This document shows, in pieces, positions 37,179 through 49,072 of a stretch of 64,000 bases of DNA. Below the pieces are notes generated by a model. That model saw only the letters and a program-made list of their open reading frames with translations, ran no database searches and had not been told where the DNA came from. Source of the DNA: Sporopachydermia quercuum (taxonomy: Eukaryota). Where the stretch lies: contig BCGN01000003.1 of the NCBI GenBank assembly GCA_001599295.1, forward strand, positions 496,001-560,000. Direction: 5' to 3'. How positions within the stretch are numbered: the first letter of the stretch is position 1; the number at the start of each line of letters is the position of its first letter. Both the position numbers and the translations under genes were made by a program.

Positions 37179-39094
37179 GATGATTCGTTTGTAATGTTGA
37201 TAATAATGCCGAGATTTTTTATTAATCTTTGTTTTCTGTACAAGAATTTTTTTTCCCTTTGTTTGCTGCTTGTTTTTCAATAATCACAACAAGTAATTCA
37301 AACACGAATGAGCAAAACTGAGAAGACAGTGCAAATATCAAGTTCTATGCTGCCAGTGAGTGAAATATATTTGTTATAAGGTAATTACTTATATGGCAAA
37401 TATTAAAATTCAGTAATAGTTTATGAATATTAATAATCGGAAATNTGGAGACTTTCCATGCAACGATTATTATGATGACTTTGTGGATATTCTATAATTG
37501 ACAATTTCATAAACAAAAAAGAGCAATATGATACAAGCAAACCACACAAGTAGCAGGATCGATTCGATTATTAAATCTTCAATACCAGAATTTCACGTTC
37601 CCAGTTGCTCAATATCTTTTGTTGAATCTTTAGTTGCAATTTATTTCACAAATTATTGCATTCACTTGTCATGAAAACCTTTGAGACTTTGTCGANCTGA
37701 TTTCTGTTGGCTCGCTTTTGTTCACTGACCAAGTACCAACGTATCCTCAATCCAAAGTGGAGTTATGCAATTAATTATTGTATACAAATTACTGAAATCA
37801 ATTCTATTTCTAGAATCTTTTTATTTCACAAACAGTACACAATTTTTATCAAATAAAAGATCACCTGTCCTTTTAATTACCTATGATCTTTCTCATAATA
37901 CTGGGAACAGTTCCACCTATCAAAGACCAAATGAAAGAAAGGAAAACTGGAAGACAAAATCACAAACAAAATTTTCACGCTTTTTTTCTTCTTCCACTGA
38001 AAGGGAGAGTGAAAAATTACTGTCCGCGAGAATTCTCGGACAAGGTTATACAGAGTCGGATGAGACGTGAAGTATATGATAGGACTAATGCAAAGAGTAC
38101 GTATGTATGTATGTGAGTTTGCGGGCGATTTTGAGCAGGCATGTAGTGGGTTCATACTGAGTACAATGAGGGAGAATATTATGCTTCACGAGACAAGGAG
38201 ATTTAACGATTGGTTTTGAATGGAAGGATAGAACATGTAGTGAGTATTGGCGTTTTATAAGCGATCTTGTACTGGAGGAAGAATAGCAGCGGAGAATGTG
38301 AACACTTGGAGATTTGATGCCAGAATAGGAAGAGCGATGGGCAAGTTAATCCTTGATATTAATATCAATTTGGGGTTTCTATCAAGGATGTTGAGAATTT
38401 CTTCCGCCAAATTGCAATTCTAGGTTGAAGAAAGAACAGATGAAGGTGATGCCATTGTTATTGATATGATAGAAACGAAAAATCATTGCTATACTAAAAT
38501 GCAAGTACATTCAAACTAGAAATATAATAATTATTACCTGTAGAACAGATTTAATTATGTTATCAATTATCTTAAAATTCACTGAAAAAGGAAGAGAAGG
38601 GTATACCATACATTCTTTTGATAGATAGTATCACATTAGCAAAAGTAGAACCATTAATATTTGTATTTTTATTCTACCGAATTGAATTCTATTAGAAAGA
38701 AATATGATCTATAATATAGTGTATTATCAGCTCAATAAATATCTGTTACAGTAGGGAAGCTCTATAAAACCACGGCTTTCTACCAAATGGTAATGATACA
38801 CCCATTTTTTAGCCATGCCAAGCCTATGAAAACAAGCTAATTATTGACGTGATGAGGTCCATTAATACTTTCCAATACCTTAGGTATTATTAAAATAATT
38901 ACTGGCAAATATGTATTATAAAGGATAAGGAAATTTCATATACCACAGTTCTGGATTGCACGGTGCTATGAAGATGAATGAGTTATATATACATCACAGT
39001 ATCCGATTTCAAGGCCTGTTTGTTCATTAACGGATATATGATAGAACCATAATATTTTTTTATTGGAACCGTATATTGAATGACGAATAGAATC

Positions 39095-40336
39095 TTATAA
39101 GAGATTATTTGAATCCAATACATATGATGTTGTTTGTCTCAATAAGTGCGCTAATCTTGCAGGTGGAATAGCAAAACTAGGATGTATATAACATAGGATA
39201 ATCATTTGAAGATCAGATCTGTCCTTTTTGTTAAATTGACTAATTTCCATTCTACCACATGTATCTGCGAGTGACCTATTTTTTTTTATGACATTCACTA
39301 CATACTGAACCAGTAGATCTATTATCACAGGATCATGAAACTTTGTAGTGATTTTGGTTCTCATAAGCTCGAAACACATATTATACCTCCCTTTCTTCAC
39401 ACTTTCGATAACTTCTTGTAATCTAAGCAACAATATTAATTTATCTTCGGATGAGAATTTCTCAGTAGTTGGAACATCACCTACGAGTTCTACTCTACTT
39501 ATGATATCCCTCCTTAGGTCATGTGAACTGTATGAGAAATTTGAAGGCCTATCATTAATTAGACCAAACTTCGATAATTCGAACTCCCTGTTCACTTTAA
39601 TTTTGCGATTCTTGATCAATTCCTCAGCTCCTTCAAAAATGCCAGATCGAACGAGTGTTAGCAATTGTCTTGTAGGTTTAGGATATAAGGCAATATTAGT
39701 CTCATTTTCTAGCAAGTCAGAAACCGAATTCCGCCCAATATTCTGCAATGCCTGAAGAAAAACGGCTACCGCTTCTTCTCTATTACAACTGAAAACATGT
39801 TGAACAGACTCTATTGTAGATGTTGAATATTGCTCTTGGCCAGTTTGGTACTTCTCCTTTTGGGTTTCAAAAGCTACCCGTAGCTGTGCTTTATTACCAT
39901 CCTTGACAGAAGGGGTAACGGTATTATCGTAATCATGAATAAACTTTTTCCATTTATTGATAAATAATCCTTTATAGTGTTTCCTAGTAACTTTGGCATC
40001 TTTTTTGGCTAACAAGGAACCATTACCATCATATGTCTTCATTCTTTTCCGATCCAGCTCATTTCCTTCTATTTTCCCCTCAATCTTGTCATTGAGCAAG
40101 CCTTGCCTTCTCCGTTTCTTTTCTGAGACAGCAGACTTAGTATTATCAACCAAATACGGTTTTCTTTCAGTAAACGACACCTGAGATAAGTCAGTGGCAA
40201 CCAAATCCAACTCAGTGCTCAAATTGAAGAACGGACCTAGCTTTCCTGGGGTATTCGTTACACTTTTTACCACATCTTTGTATTGAAGTTCTTCATATTC
40301 CATTTTTACATAATCAACTGCACTAAGCCTTCTCAT
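39095..40336 (-). CDS. Uncharacterised ORF with LisH/CTLH-like segments resembling the Gid7/WDR26 N-terminus, no WD40 domain
   Basis: ~413 aa from the ATG at 40336. REEAVAVFLQALQNIGRNSVSDLLENETN is LisH-like, LVRSGIFEGAEELI is CTLH-like, and IPPARLAHLLRQ precedes the stop. Confidence 0.45.
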   Translation of the reverse strand: MRRLSAVDYVKMEYEELQYKDVVKSVTNTPGKLGPFFNLSTELDLVATDLSQVSFTERKPYLVDNTKSAVSEKKRRRQGLLNDKIEGKIEGNELDRKRMKTYDGNGSLLAKKDAKVTRKHYKGLFINKWKKFIHDYDNTVTPSVKDGNKAQLRVAFETQKEKYQTGQEQYSTSTIESVQHVFSCNREEAVAVFLQALQNIGRNSVSDLLENETNIALYPKPTRQLLTLVRSGIFEGAEELIKNRKIKVNREFELSKFGLINDRPSNFSYSSHDLRRDIISRVELVGDVPTTEKFSSEDKLILLLRLQEVIESVKKGRYNMCFELMRTKITTKFHDPVIIDLLVQYVVNVIKKNRSLADTCGRMEISQFNKKDRSDLQMIILCYIHPSFAIPPARLAHLLRQTTSYVLDSNNLL

Positions 40337-41015
40337 ATAACTCACTTCAATCAGTCAACAACCGATCAACTTCTTGCATAATAAATTGCTTTGCCATAGG
40401 GATATATCTTTAACAACTTGTACTTTCAGCTATATTTGAACAACGAAGGAGATCAACTATTACTCCTGTCATTCGAAATGAAACCTCACCTCAGTGTCAT
40501 TATCCCAAACAAAACCAAATGGGGAACGAAGAATTAAACAACAACAATATGCGAAGGACACAATTATGTGTTTGACATAATGAGATAGATAGATAGTGAT
40601 GATTTGAGGGAATACAAATATGGGTTTAAGTTTAAGAGAATATTAAGGTCTATGTGGATCATAACTTTAATCTAAACTCAATTCACGTACATTTTAGACA
40701 GATAGCAGGATTGTTCAGTTTTCTTCACTAATTAAGATGAACTACTTGGGATTTGAATTGATATATGAATAATATGAACATCAGATGTCCCTACGTTGCC
40801 TGGGAATTTGAATGAAGAGAAAATAGATTAAAGATTTCTGGCAGCTTATCAAATTCCGTAAGCTCCAAATATCAGCAATTCAAGCTGACACAATTTGTTC
40901 TTAGAACATAAGCAAATTCACACACTATTCGTCATGTAAAAGGCATTATAACGAAAATCCAGCTGAAAAATATAAGAGTAGTTTATGTTGATGATAAATT
41001 TGTATATCATACTAT

Positions 41016-41957
41016 TCACTCTGTTTCAAGCAATTTGGAATACAGTCCTCTCAGATCATTTTTCCCAAGATTTCCAAACCGATTCTGTTCGCTTATTGGA
41101 TAAACGGTCACATCAAGATCCAATGCTCCATCTATAATCAATGGGATAATCATTCTTAATTAGTGCATAGTGACAGTATCTTCTTGGGATCCAAGTCCAC
41201 TACCACACAAGCAAAAGTTGGGCGATCCCAATGGTTTGGCAGGACAGAAATTGCTTGACCCCCAACACTTCCAATTTGAACCCAAGCCATTTTCTGGCAG
41301 GAAAATGATCTATAGTAAATTAATGAGCTCATCAGTTTCTCCGCAGAAGATCTCCCAATTATATCAAGTAACAAATCCGCATCACCTAAAGTATTTTTGA
41401 GTTTTAGTTCAATGCCATCATCAGCTAATATCAATGTAACATCAAGATCTGAGTCATTCAACACTTTGTTTCTACCCACATCTAATAAATTTTCCAGCTT
41501 TGAGGTAACGAGAAGTTTGAATTGCAACCAGACCAGAGATTCCTATCACACTGTTAATCAGTACAGTAAAACTCTTTGTAGCGTCGGTTACTTTTTCCCA
41601 TAAACACCAAGAAGCGATTACAGCGTTCACCAAGCCAGATATTTTCACGTAAGCCCCATCATCACAGTTCGCAAGCACAATCATCTGAAATTTCTTGATA
41701 TTACAGTATGGCCCTTGCCCATAGATCCTCCATTCTGATACACTAGTACATTATGTTTCTACCATCTATCAACACTACTCCGTCAACACCAGGTATCAAT
41801 GAGTACTGCGTTGCCAATGAATAATGCGTTCCACTAGCTTTAGCTTTCACCAAATGAAATAGTCCAGCGTGAAGACTATTCAGCTGAGCTTCATCCAGTA
41901 ATGCCGAGTCCAGTAGATCAAATGCCCATATTCTCGTAAGCCTTTGGATTGTCTCAT
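41016..41957 (-). pseudogene. Decayed MDR-family (Zn-independent) quinone oxidoreductase
   Basis: Collinear fragments across stops and frameshifts: AGL..LVKAKASGTHYS, IPGVDGV..IDGR, GGSM, ISGLVNAVIASW, TVLINSVIGISGLVAIQTSRYLKAGK, D.LLD, SAEKL, WVQIGSVGG, LCGSGLGS. Confidence 0.75.
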
Positions 41958-42842
41958 CAAACCGGCGTTTCTAAGCTATCTGCGGTTCAAATTCAACTTT
42001 GCTGGAGCTCTTTAGTCTATCATCCGTCAACAACACAGTAGACTAGACGCTATGAAGTATCAACTTAACTGGTGAAGGATTGAAGCAGAAGAAATAAAAG
42101 AACAAATAAATATTCGACGCAGCTTTGAATTACTATTCCACCTTGGAGGAAGAAAAATCGTTATTGCAGTTGATTTCCCGAGCCGGAGATAAAAACCTTA
42201 AACGTTGAAAGAAAAACTCTAAATGTTTCTTTCGCGAAAGAATAATTTTAAAGTTCCGGAGAAAATTAATGATTACCAAGTCAATCCAAAAAGGAAGTAT
42301 TATTATATAATAGTATTTCATTAGAAGAACCATAGAGCAATATGAGATCATCAAATGATGAGAATATTGATTGTGGTTCAAATGTAATCAGCTGTTTAGT
42401 TAGATTATGTAAAGACTAATTCAATTATCTAGCTAACATGTCGATGAATGGCCAACTAAAGCAAGACGATTTGATTGAAAGCTTTTTGTATTATCAAGCG
42501 AGACACTTTCTTAAGACCACTTCACGGAAATTTAGTGCTCTGTTTTGAGGAAGCATCCTAAGAACATTGAAGTTATTAGGATTTTGATGTTCTGAAGCAA
42601 CCTAGGTTCCCTTAAAATCGACTACGTTAAGCAGTTTTCAAAACTAAGAAATAAATGACTATCTTCTTTCTATTTGTTTCCTTCAAAACAAATTGTATAA
42701 TCTTTCTATTCATACTTATGTAATTATGTTTCTTGCTCTTTATCCCCCAGCCATGTTATAATCCAAACAGAATTAACTTTTTTATTTATTTATTTTATTT
42801 TATTCAAAAACTAACAAGAGAATATTCTTTAAACTTGCCAAG

Positions 42843-43892
42843 TTAGTTCAATATTGATGATATACTATTTTTCTTCAACATCATCAAAGCTTGACTTGCA
42901 GTTTCCATCTCTCGTTCAGGAGTCCCAATTCTGATTTTATTTTTGGCAACATTATCAATAACTGAAGGTGGTAACATCATTATGTTCATTGGCTGTGCGG
43001 CGTCAGCATGGAACATTGAGACATCAGTGGGAGAGAACCCAGATATACTCGAATGATTTAAAACTGGTTTAATAGTGTATTGAGAAAAACTCCCCGATTG
43101 CTTCCCTTTTCTTGAGTCTCTCGTAATCGGCAAGCTAGCATTACTTCCCAATAAATACGGAGAGCTACTGATACTGTCAGAAGACATCATCTCTGGACTT
43201 GAGGATAAAGGGGACTTCGAGACCTCTTGTTCAATAGAAGTATCCTTTGGCTGTAAAGGGTTCAGGACTGGTGTCTTAAAACTGGAGCTTGATGAGTTCT
43301 CAATCTCCTCTAGTTCCGGATTTTTGTTATATGATGACGCTTCTAGTAAATCATCTCCTTCGTAAGCAAAACTAAAATCCCAATTATTCTCAGAGCTTTC
43401 GCTTGACTCCTGAACATCTTTCAGACATCTGTGAAGATATCGAATATAATCCACCGATGCTTGTAATATGGCTAGCTTGTACATCCCAGCATCACTGTTA
43501 TTTCTCTCTTTTCCATCTCCATTGCTTGACTTGTACAGAGTCTGACGACAAGCAGGTACAAGATGCTTCAGAGCTTCGAACTCATTGTTCATTTTAATTC
43601 GTCTTTTGCGCTCGATCATAGAATGAGCAGTTTTATAGGCCCTCTTTTTCTCCTCCATCAGCTTCTTCCTAGCTTCATCCTTTTCACCTCGTACATTTGT
43701 CTTTGAATTTCTTTTCTTTTTAGTTACTTTCATTGTCATACCAGTTTGTAATGGCTGTTCAAGACCTGGAGTGGAACTCTTTTGCTCAACACTGTTTGAT
43801 CTAAGTTTCATTCCGATTGAATTCCCAGAAGGGTTCATTTGAATAATAGTTGGCGTTAATCCTGGAGGAGGAGGGTTTTGTTGTTTACTCAT
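42843..43892 (-). CDS. bHLH transcription factor
   Basis: KTAHSMIERKRRIKMNNEFEALKHLVPAC...KLAILQASVDYIRYL. First ATG at 43892. Ends in METASQALMML..SISSILN. Confidence 0.88.
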   Translation of the reverse strand: MSKQQNPPPPGLTPTIIQMNPSGNSIGMKLRSNSVEQKSSTPGLEQPLQTGMTMKVTKKKRNSKTNVRGEKDEARKKLMEEKKRAYKTAHSMIERKRRIKMNNEFEALKHLVPACRQTLYKSSNGDGKERNNSDAGMYKLAILQASVDYIRYLHRCLKDVQESSESSENNWDFSFAYEGDDLLEASSYNKNPELEEIENSSSSSFKTPVLNPLQPKDTSIEQEVSKSPLSSSPEMMSSDSISSSPYLLGSNASLPITRDSRKGKQSGSFSQYTIKPVLNHSSISGFSPTDVSMFHADAAQPMNIMMLPPSVIDNVAKNKIRIGTPEREMETASQALMMLKKNSISSILN

Positions 43893-46713
43893 TTTTCCAT
43901 ATCTTAGTAGCAAACTTTGCTAATTAGTAAAATCGAGTCAATTCAAGTAGAAACTGCATGAAAGGAGAATACACCGCTGAGAAAAGCGTAAAAATGCTAA
44001 TTGAATGACGAGCACTCATGTATATATCAAAACAGACATTGGAAGACTCGTTTATTCATCATCTTTAGTGTAGTGAAGTGGTATATTCTACATCAATGGA
44101 GAATACTTCGGAGATCGCATAGTCATTTCAATAGATATAGGACTTTAGCTTTTCATTTAAGATTTACCCACATGGCCCATTCTACATTGTAGATTAGTCG
44201 TATTTGGAAAGACTAAATAAAATGCTTAACCTTATGCTGTTAACTATGGGGAAGTTGTTTGGAATTAACTCGGGATGGAAAACTAAGTTAATCTGTAGAA
44301 ATAGAAACCTTATTTGAAAGTTTATTTTGAAGAATGGAAAGAAATCAAAAGACAGGAGTGAGAGTGAGCTGAAGTGTGACTACTTTGGAAGGAATGTATC
44401 AAATACGACGCATGTGGTAAAACTGGCTCCAGTGACATACTTAAATGACAGTTCTTGAAATTGTTGTTGTCCCTTTGTTGTGCATTAGAGAAGAAGTAAA
44501 AGTGGATCTGGAAGTCCACAGATGAGATGCGTTCTGAATATAATGTTGCTCTTTCTTATGAAACTCTACTTCCTTCTTGAGAAAATATGACAATAAGTCA
44601 AAGAAACATCAATATTCTTAGGCAATCTAGCCCCTTATTGTTCATAGGTAGATATGATCAAATAGCAAAGATCATCATGTTAATACCCTGCATGATGATT
44701 GTTGACGGAGGTGAATGTCAATTGTACTCACATAAAAACTAGAGTTTGAACCCATTTCAATATAAAACATATGAGATGTAGCTATTGGATACGTTGTTCA
44801 TATTACTTTCAAACAATAGATGGTAATGGGATATTTCAAATAAGTGTTCACTGTTTGAAAGTTGCACCTTTCAATTGAAACTTTATGGAGTTTAAAGTTT
44901 GAATGTTGTTCGAATTAAAGTTAAGATGATAAGATGTGTTTCTCAATACCACGCACGTGGATGAACAATGCTCATATACTCATCAATAGTTAACAACCAT
45001 TACGCATACAAAATTTTTGATTTCAACGGTTGATGGTTACATTAAGTTGCATACAAAAGTCTACAATGAAACTGTTAGATGCTTATGACTGAAGGAGCAA
45101 TTAATCATTCCAACTTTCTCTTTCAATTGAATTGAGATATTTATACTTCAAACGTCTATGAAGATAATCTTTGCATCAAATCTCAGGCATATTATGCCTA
45201 CGAACAGATGCAAAACAATGAGGTTGTATATGTTTAACTACATATTCAGTCAATTGTGAACTTGATTTCATTTTACAACTTATCAAGTAGCACAAGCAAA
45301 ACAGATGAGTATTTCTTACTAAGAACTCATAGTGCGATATAGCAAGTGAAGGTAGTACCAATTCTTGGTGGCCCACATGTTTTTGACACCTGCAATGTTA
45401 TGCAAAGAAAGCCACGCGACAAGAAGCTACATTTGAATATATATCTACTCAATCATCGATCAAAGTTCATTGTGAAATCATATGGTCCATTTAGGATCAC
45501 TCTGTTCCTAAAATTGCAAATCCCCTAAACGTTTTGGTTCTTTTTCAAGTAGAAACGCTCCAGGACAAGATTAATCAACGAAATTAGGAAGAATGAAACC
45601 AAATAGGTTTAATGTTATGTTATGATCTAGCCTATAGCTCCAAGAAGCTGAGTTCCAACTTATCGCTCTAGCTATAACTTACGAGGTTTCTGTCACCTTC
45701 ACTAGAAATATTAAAGCAATTCAATCCCTTGATCAACATAACATACATATTACTTACCACATGTCAAATCTGTCGCAATTCCTTTGTCATAAGTCCCTCG
45801 ATCATCCACATATATTTTCTCTTTTCTCTGTAATCTTGGACTATCAGTCACCGCCCCTCCGTCTACTCAAATTATTATCTCTAAAGGATAACAGCGCTTG
45901 ATCAGCTAATCATTATATCCATATAAGTGTTTTATAACGTAATCGTAAAATGATTTCTATTCGGTGAACAACATGAAACCCTCAAGCCCTAAATACATAA
46001 ACATGACAAGTAACACTGAGCTTACCCTACCAAGATGTCAAAATCTATAAATTGAGAGCCTACCCCACCCCCCTCTGTTTTTAAGTAAATCTCTTTGCCT
46101 TTTGGCTTAGATCAAGTGTAGTATCTGTTCTTTTCAGTGTAACAACTGAAATGTCATCATTGATGACGTTTAAAATTTGTTACTCATATTTTTGAATATG
46201 GTCGCATAGTCCGCTGGGCTTGCCTATGACTTGTGGCATCGTGTCGTTACTATTGCACTCTTGGTGACTGACGCAAGTTTTAAACATCTTCTTTCGAAGT
46301 TGTTTTTGAGATTATTAGTTGAGGTCGATTAATACTTTCAAAAGCTACGTCAAAGCATTAATGTCATTGATCATGAACTACGGGACTAATTTGTAGNGCA
46401 GGAGTAGGCATAATGTTCACCAAAATGGGTTTCAGAGGATTATACACCTACAATGAAACTTGGAGGTACTTCCGTTCATACTTTATCGCCATCGTAAACA
46501 ACAGTGAATTATTTACATTGCCTTTATGGGAAGTGATACCNTACAGTTTTTATAAGATTGAATCGTAGTTGAAGGTTTTTCATCTTTTACAGTTCCGTAG
46601 TAACACTTGCATTCAACATTTGAATCATATCCTTACAATCAATTGAATTGAAGTATATTATGTTGTGTGATATTATTTTCAGTCCTTACCTATACGTACT
46701 AACGATATATCCA

Positions 46714-48087
46714 TTATTCCTCAGCAAATAATATGTACTTGAGAATATCACTCAATGTTACAACCCCTTGTAATACGCCATCATCATCAACAACAAACAA
46801 TCTATGTAGTCGGGACTTTCTGATAGTATCCATTATTGTACATAATCTATCCTCAACTGTACAAGTGTGAACACCTTCAAAATCGTCAGGTCTGCGCATT
46901 AAAGCTTCACCCACACTGAGACTCAAATCCGCATAAAGCTCACCCTTGATCAAAGCCAAAACATCTACTGCTTCGTAGACATTAACCAATTTACCAGTGC
47001 CGGGTTCAACAATTGGTACTGATGATACACCATGATGTGTCAGTAAGTGAATTACTTCAATAACAGGGGTTGTCATAGTCGCTGTTGCTAAATCTTTACC
47101 AGTTCCCATATTCAATTGTCGTATAGGCTTTAGAAGCATTCTAGTTTCTTTACACTATTTTTTCCATGTTAATAAAGTTCTTCAAACAACACCGTTATAA
47201 ATTCAATCAACTTACGTTAAGTGCCACGAATTTGAGAATTCTATACTGAGTTAGAACACTCACAACAATCTCTCTGTGAGTGTTTTCATCTTGATCAATC
47301 AAAGGTATACGTCTTGCCCTTGATTCTATCATCTTTACACATGATTCATATAATGATTTGAATGGATGAATTGAGATGGTTTCAATAGGTTCAACCCCAA
47401 TGGCCTTTTCAACATCTGTTCAAAGACAAACAAATTCCTCTGTTAGCAATGCGAACTCCTTTATGAAAAAAAAAAACAGAAGGCCCCAGTAACCAATGTT
47501 ACTATTGACCATCAAACAAAACTTACCTCTTAGACCGTCTAGAGTTAACCTATCAACTAAATCCATTTTATCAGGATTCTGGAAATAATACTGTATGACA
47601 TTGATGAAATCAGACGCAGTCAGTAAACCAGCGAACTTTGAGGTCTTTGCATTCCACAGAGGAGCTGATACAATTGAGTTTTGAAGCAAAATTGTAAGTG
47701 CTTTTCTGACCAGTAATGAAGTATCTAAGACTATCAATCTGAAACTAACTGGTAAAACATCATAAGATGTCTTTGACTGTAGAAATAATCTAATAGCCCG
47801 CTAAATGTACGTTAGAGAAGTCCATGAAAAAGAAACAAAATGAAAGCTCTTGACCTTTTGTTAACCATTCACCAATTCTGAAAGCAAAAACAAACGATGT
47901 AATTGATCTGCATGATATGATCACAATGCAAGATCATAGCATGAAATCTTCAAGTAATGAATAAAATGCTTCTTCGAATACTTACAACTGCTTCTCTCTG
48001 TTCCTTTGCTATTTGTTCTTCAGTAATCGGTTCCACAGGTACACCTGGAACAGAATTCAGATGTGAGTTGTTTGTTCCTGACTCCAT
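46714..48087 (-). CDS. SNF4: AMPK/SNF1 gamma subunit, 4 exons
   Basis: Exons 48087-47986, 47800-47527, 47415-47216 and 47154-46714, with three GTAAGT introns. The spliced protein has KTSYDVLPVSFRLIVLDTSLL, SIVSAPLW, RRIPLID, LTQYRILKFVALNC and CBS domains. Confidence 0.96.
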
Positions 48088-49072
48088 TGTATTTATACTT
48101 AAAACTCAATCTTGAATTCTCTTTGGGCCGCGATAATTTCAAACTGTCTCTGCCTTTAGGTCCTATCTTGTGGTTTTCTCCTAGTAGTTATCTATTAAAT
48201 CAATTGAAAATAAACAACCCTTGAACGGCTATCCAGCACACAACAAACCAGATTGCTCTTAATTTGTTTAATTGTGAAACGAATAGTTAAATAAATCGCA
48301 ACTAAACTTTCCAAATGAGTGTATAAACGTGCTCTATATCGTTATTATGTCTGCAATCAGTATTCTTATATTAATAGTGATCGAGAGAGTCAGAGGTGCA
48401 CTGGTTCCGTGGTAATATTACGAGTCGGTAGCTGCTACCTTGTATACTATGGAATATAGCAGTAACACCTTTAAATCTAAGCAGTTATTCCAATATGTGT
48501 ATGTTATGATTTTCTANCCACACATCCAAAAAATACTCTATCCGTTTAAGACTGATCATAATGAAGTATTCAATCTCTAGTAGTATCTATTCTTTCACAA
48601 TATCAACTTCCCTGAATGACTTTTGTTCAACTTATTTACTCAGAGCCAATGTCTTGTTGTCTTATTATCTCAAATATTTGTCTCAATATTTCCAATGTTC
48701 CCCATGACACATTAGTCTCTATTTCTCTGGTTAGACCCTTTCTCTACATGCTTATGCATGTACTTTATATGCAACTTCATGCAATATATATGCATTATGA
48801 ATAGTTCATTATCTTCCTCTCCAGTACTAATTTCGGAACTCTTTCCCATAATTGGCAATATGAGCCTGGTTCGGTAAATCCGTCATCAATATAGCATATC
48901 TTTTATTCATCTCCATTACTAATCAGCTATTCAAGCTTTATACTCAAAATTATTACTTATAGAATCATATATTGAAGAGCTTATTCTTCATATTTATATA
49001 TTGTATTGAATTGTCCGTCGAACAAACAATACAATGATCAGTTGATTGCTTGATGATCAGAAGGAAGGAAAG

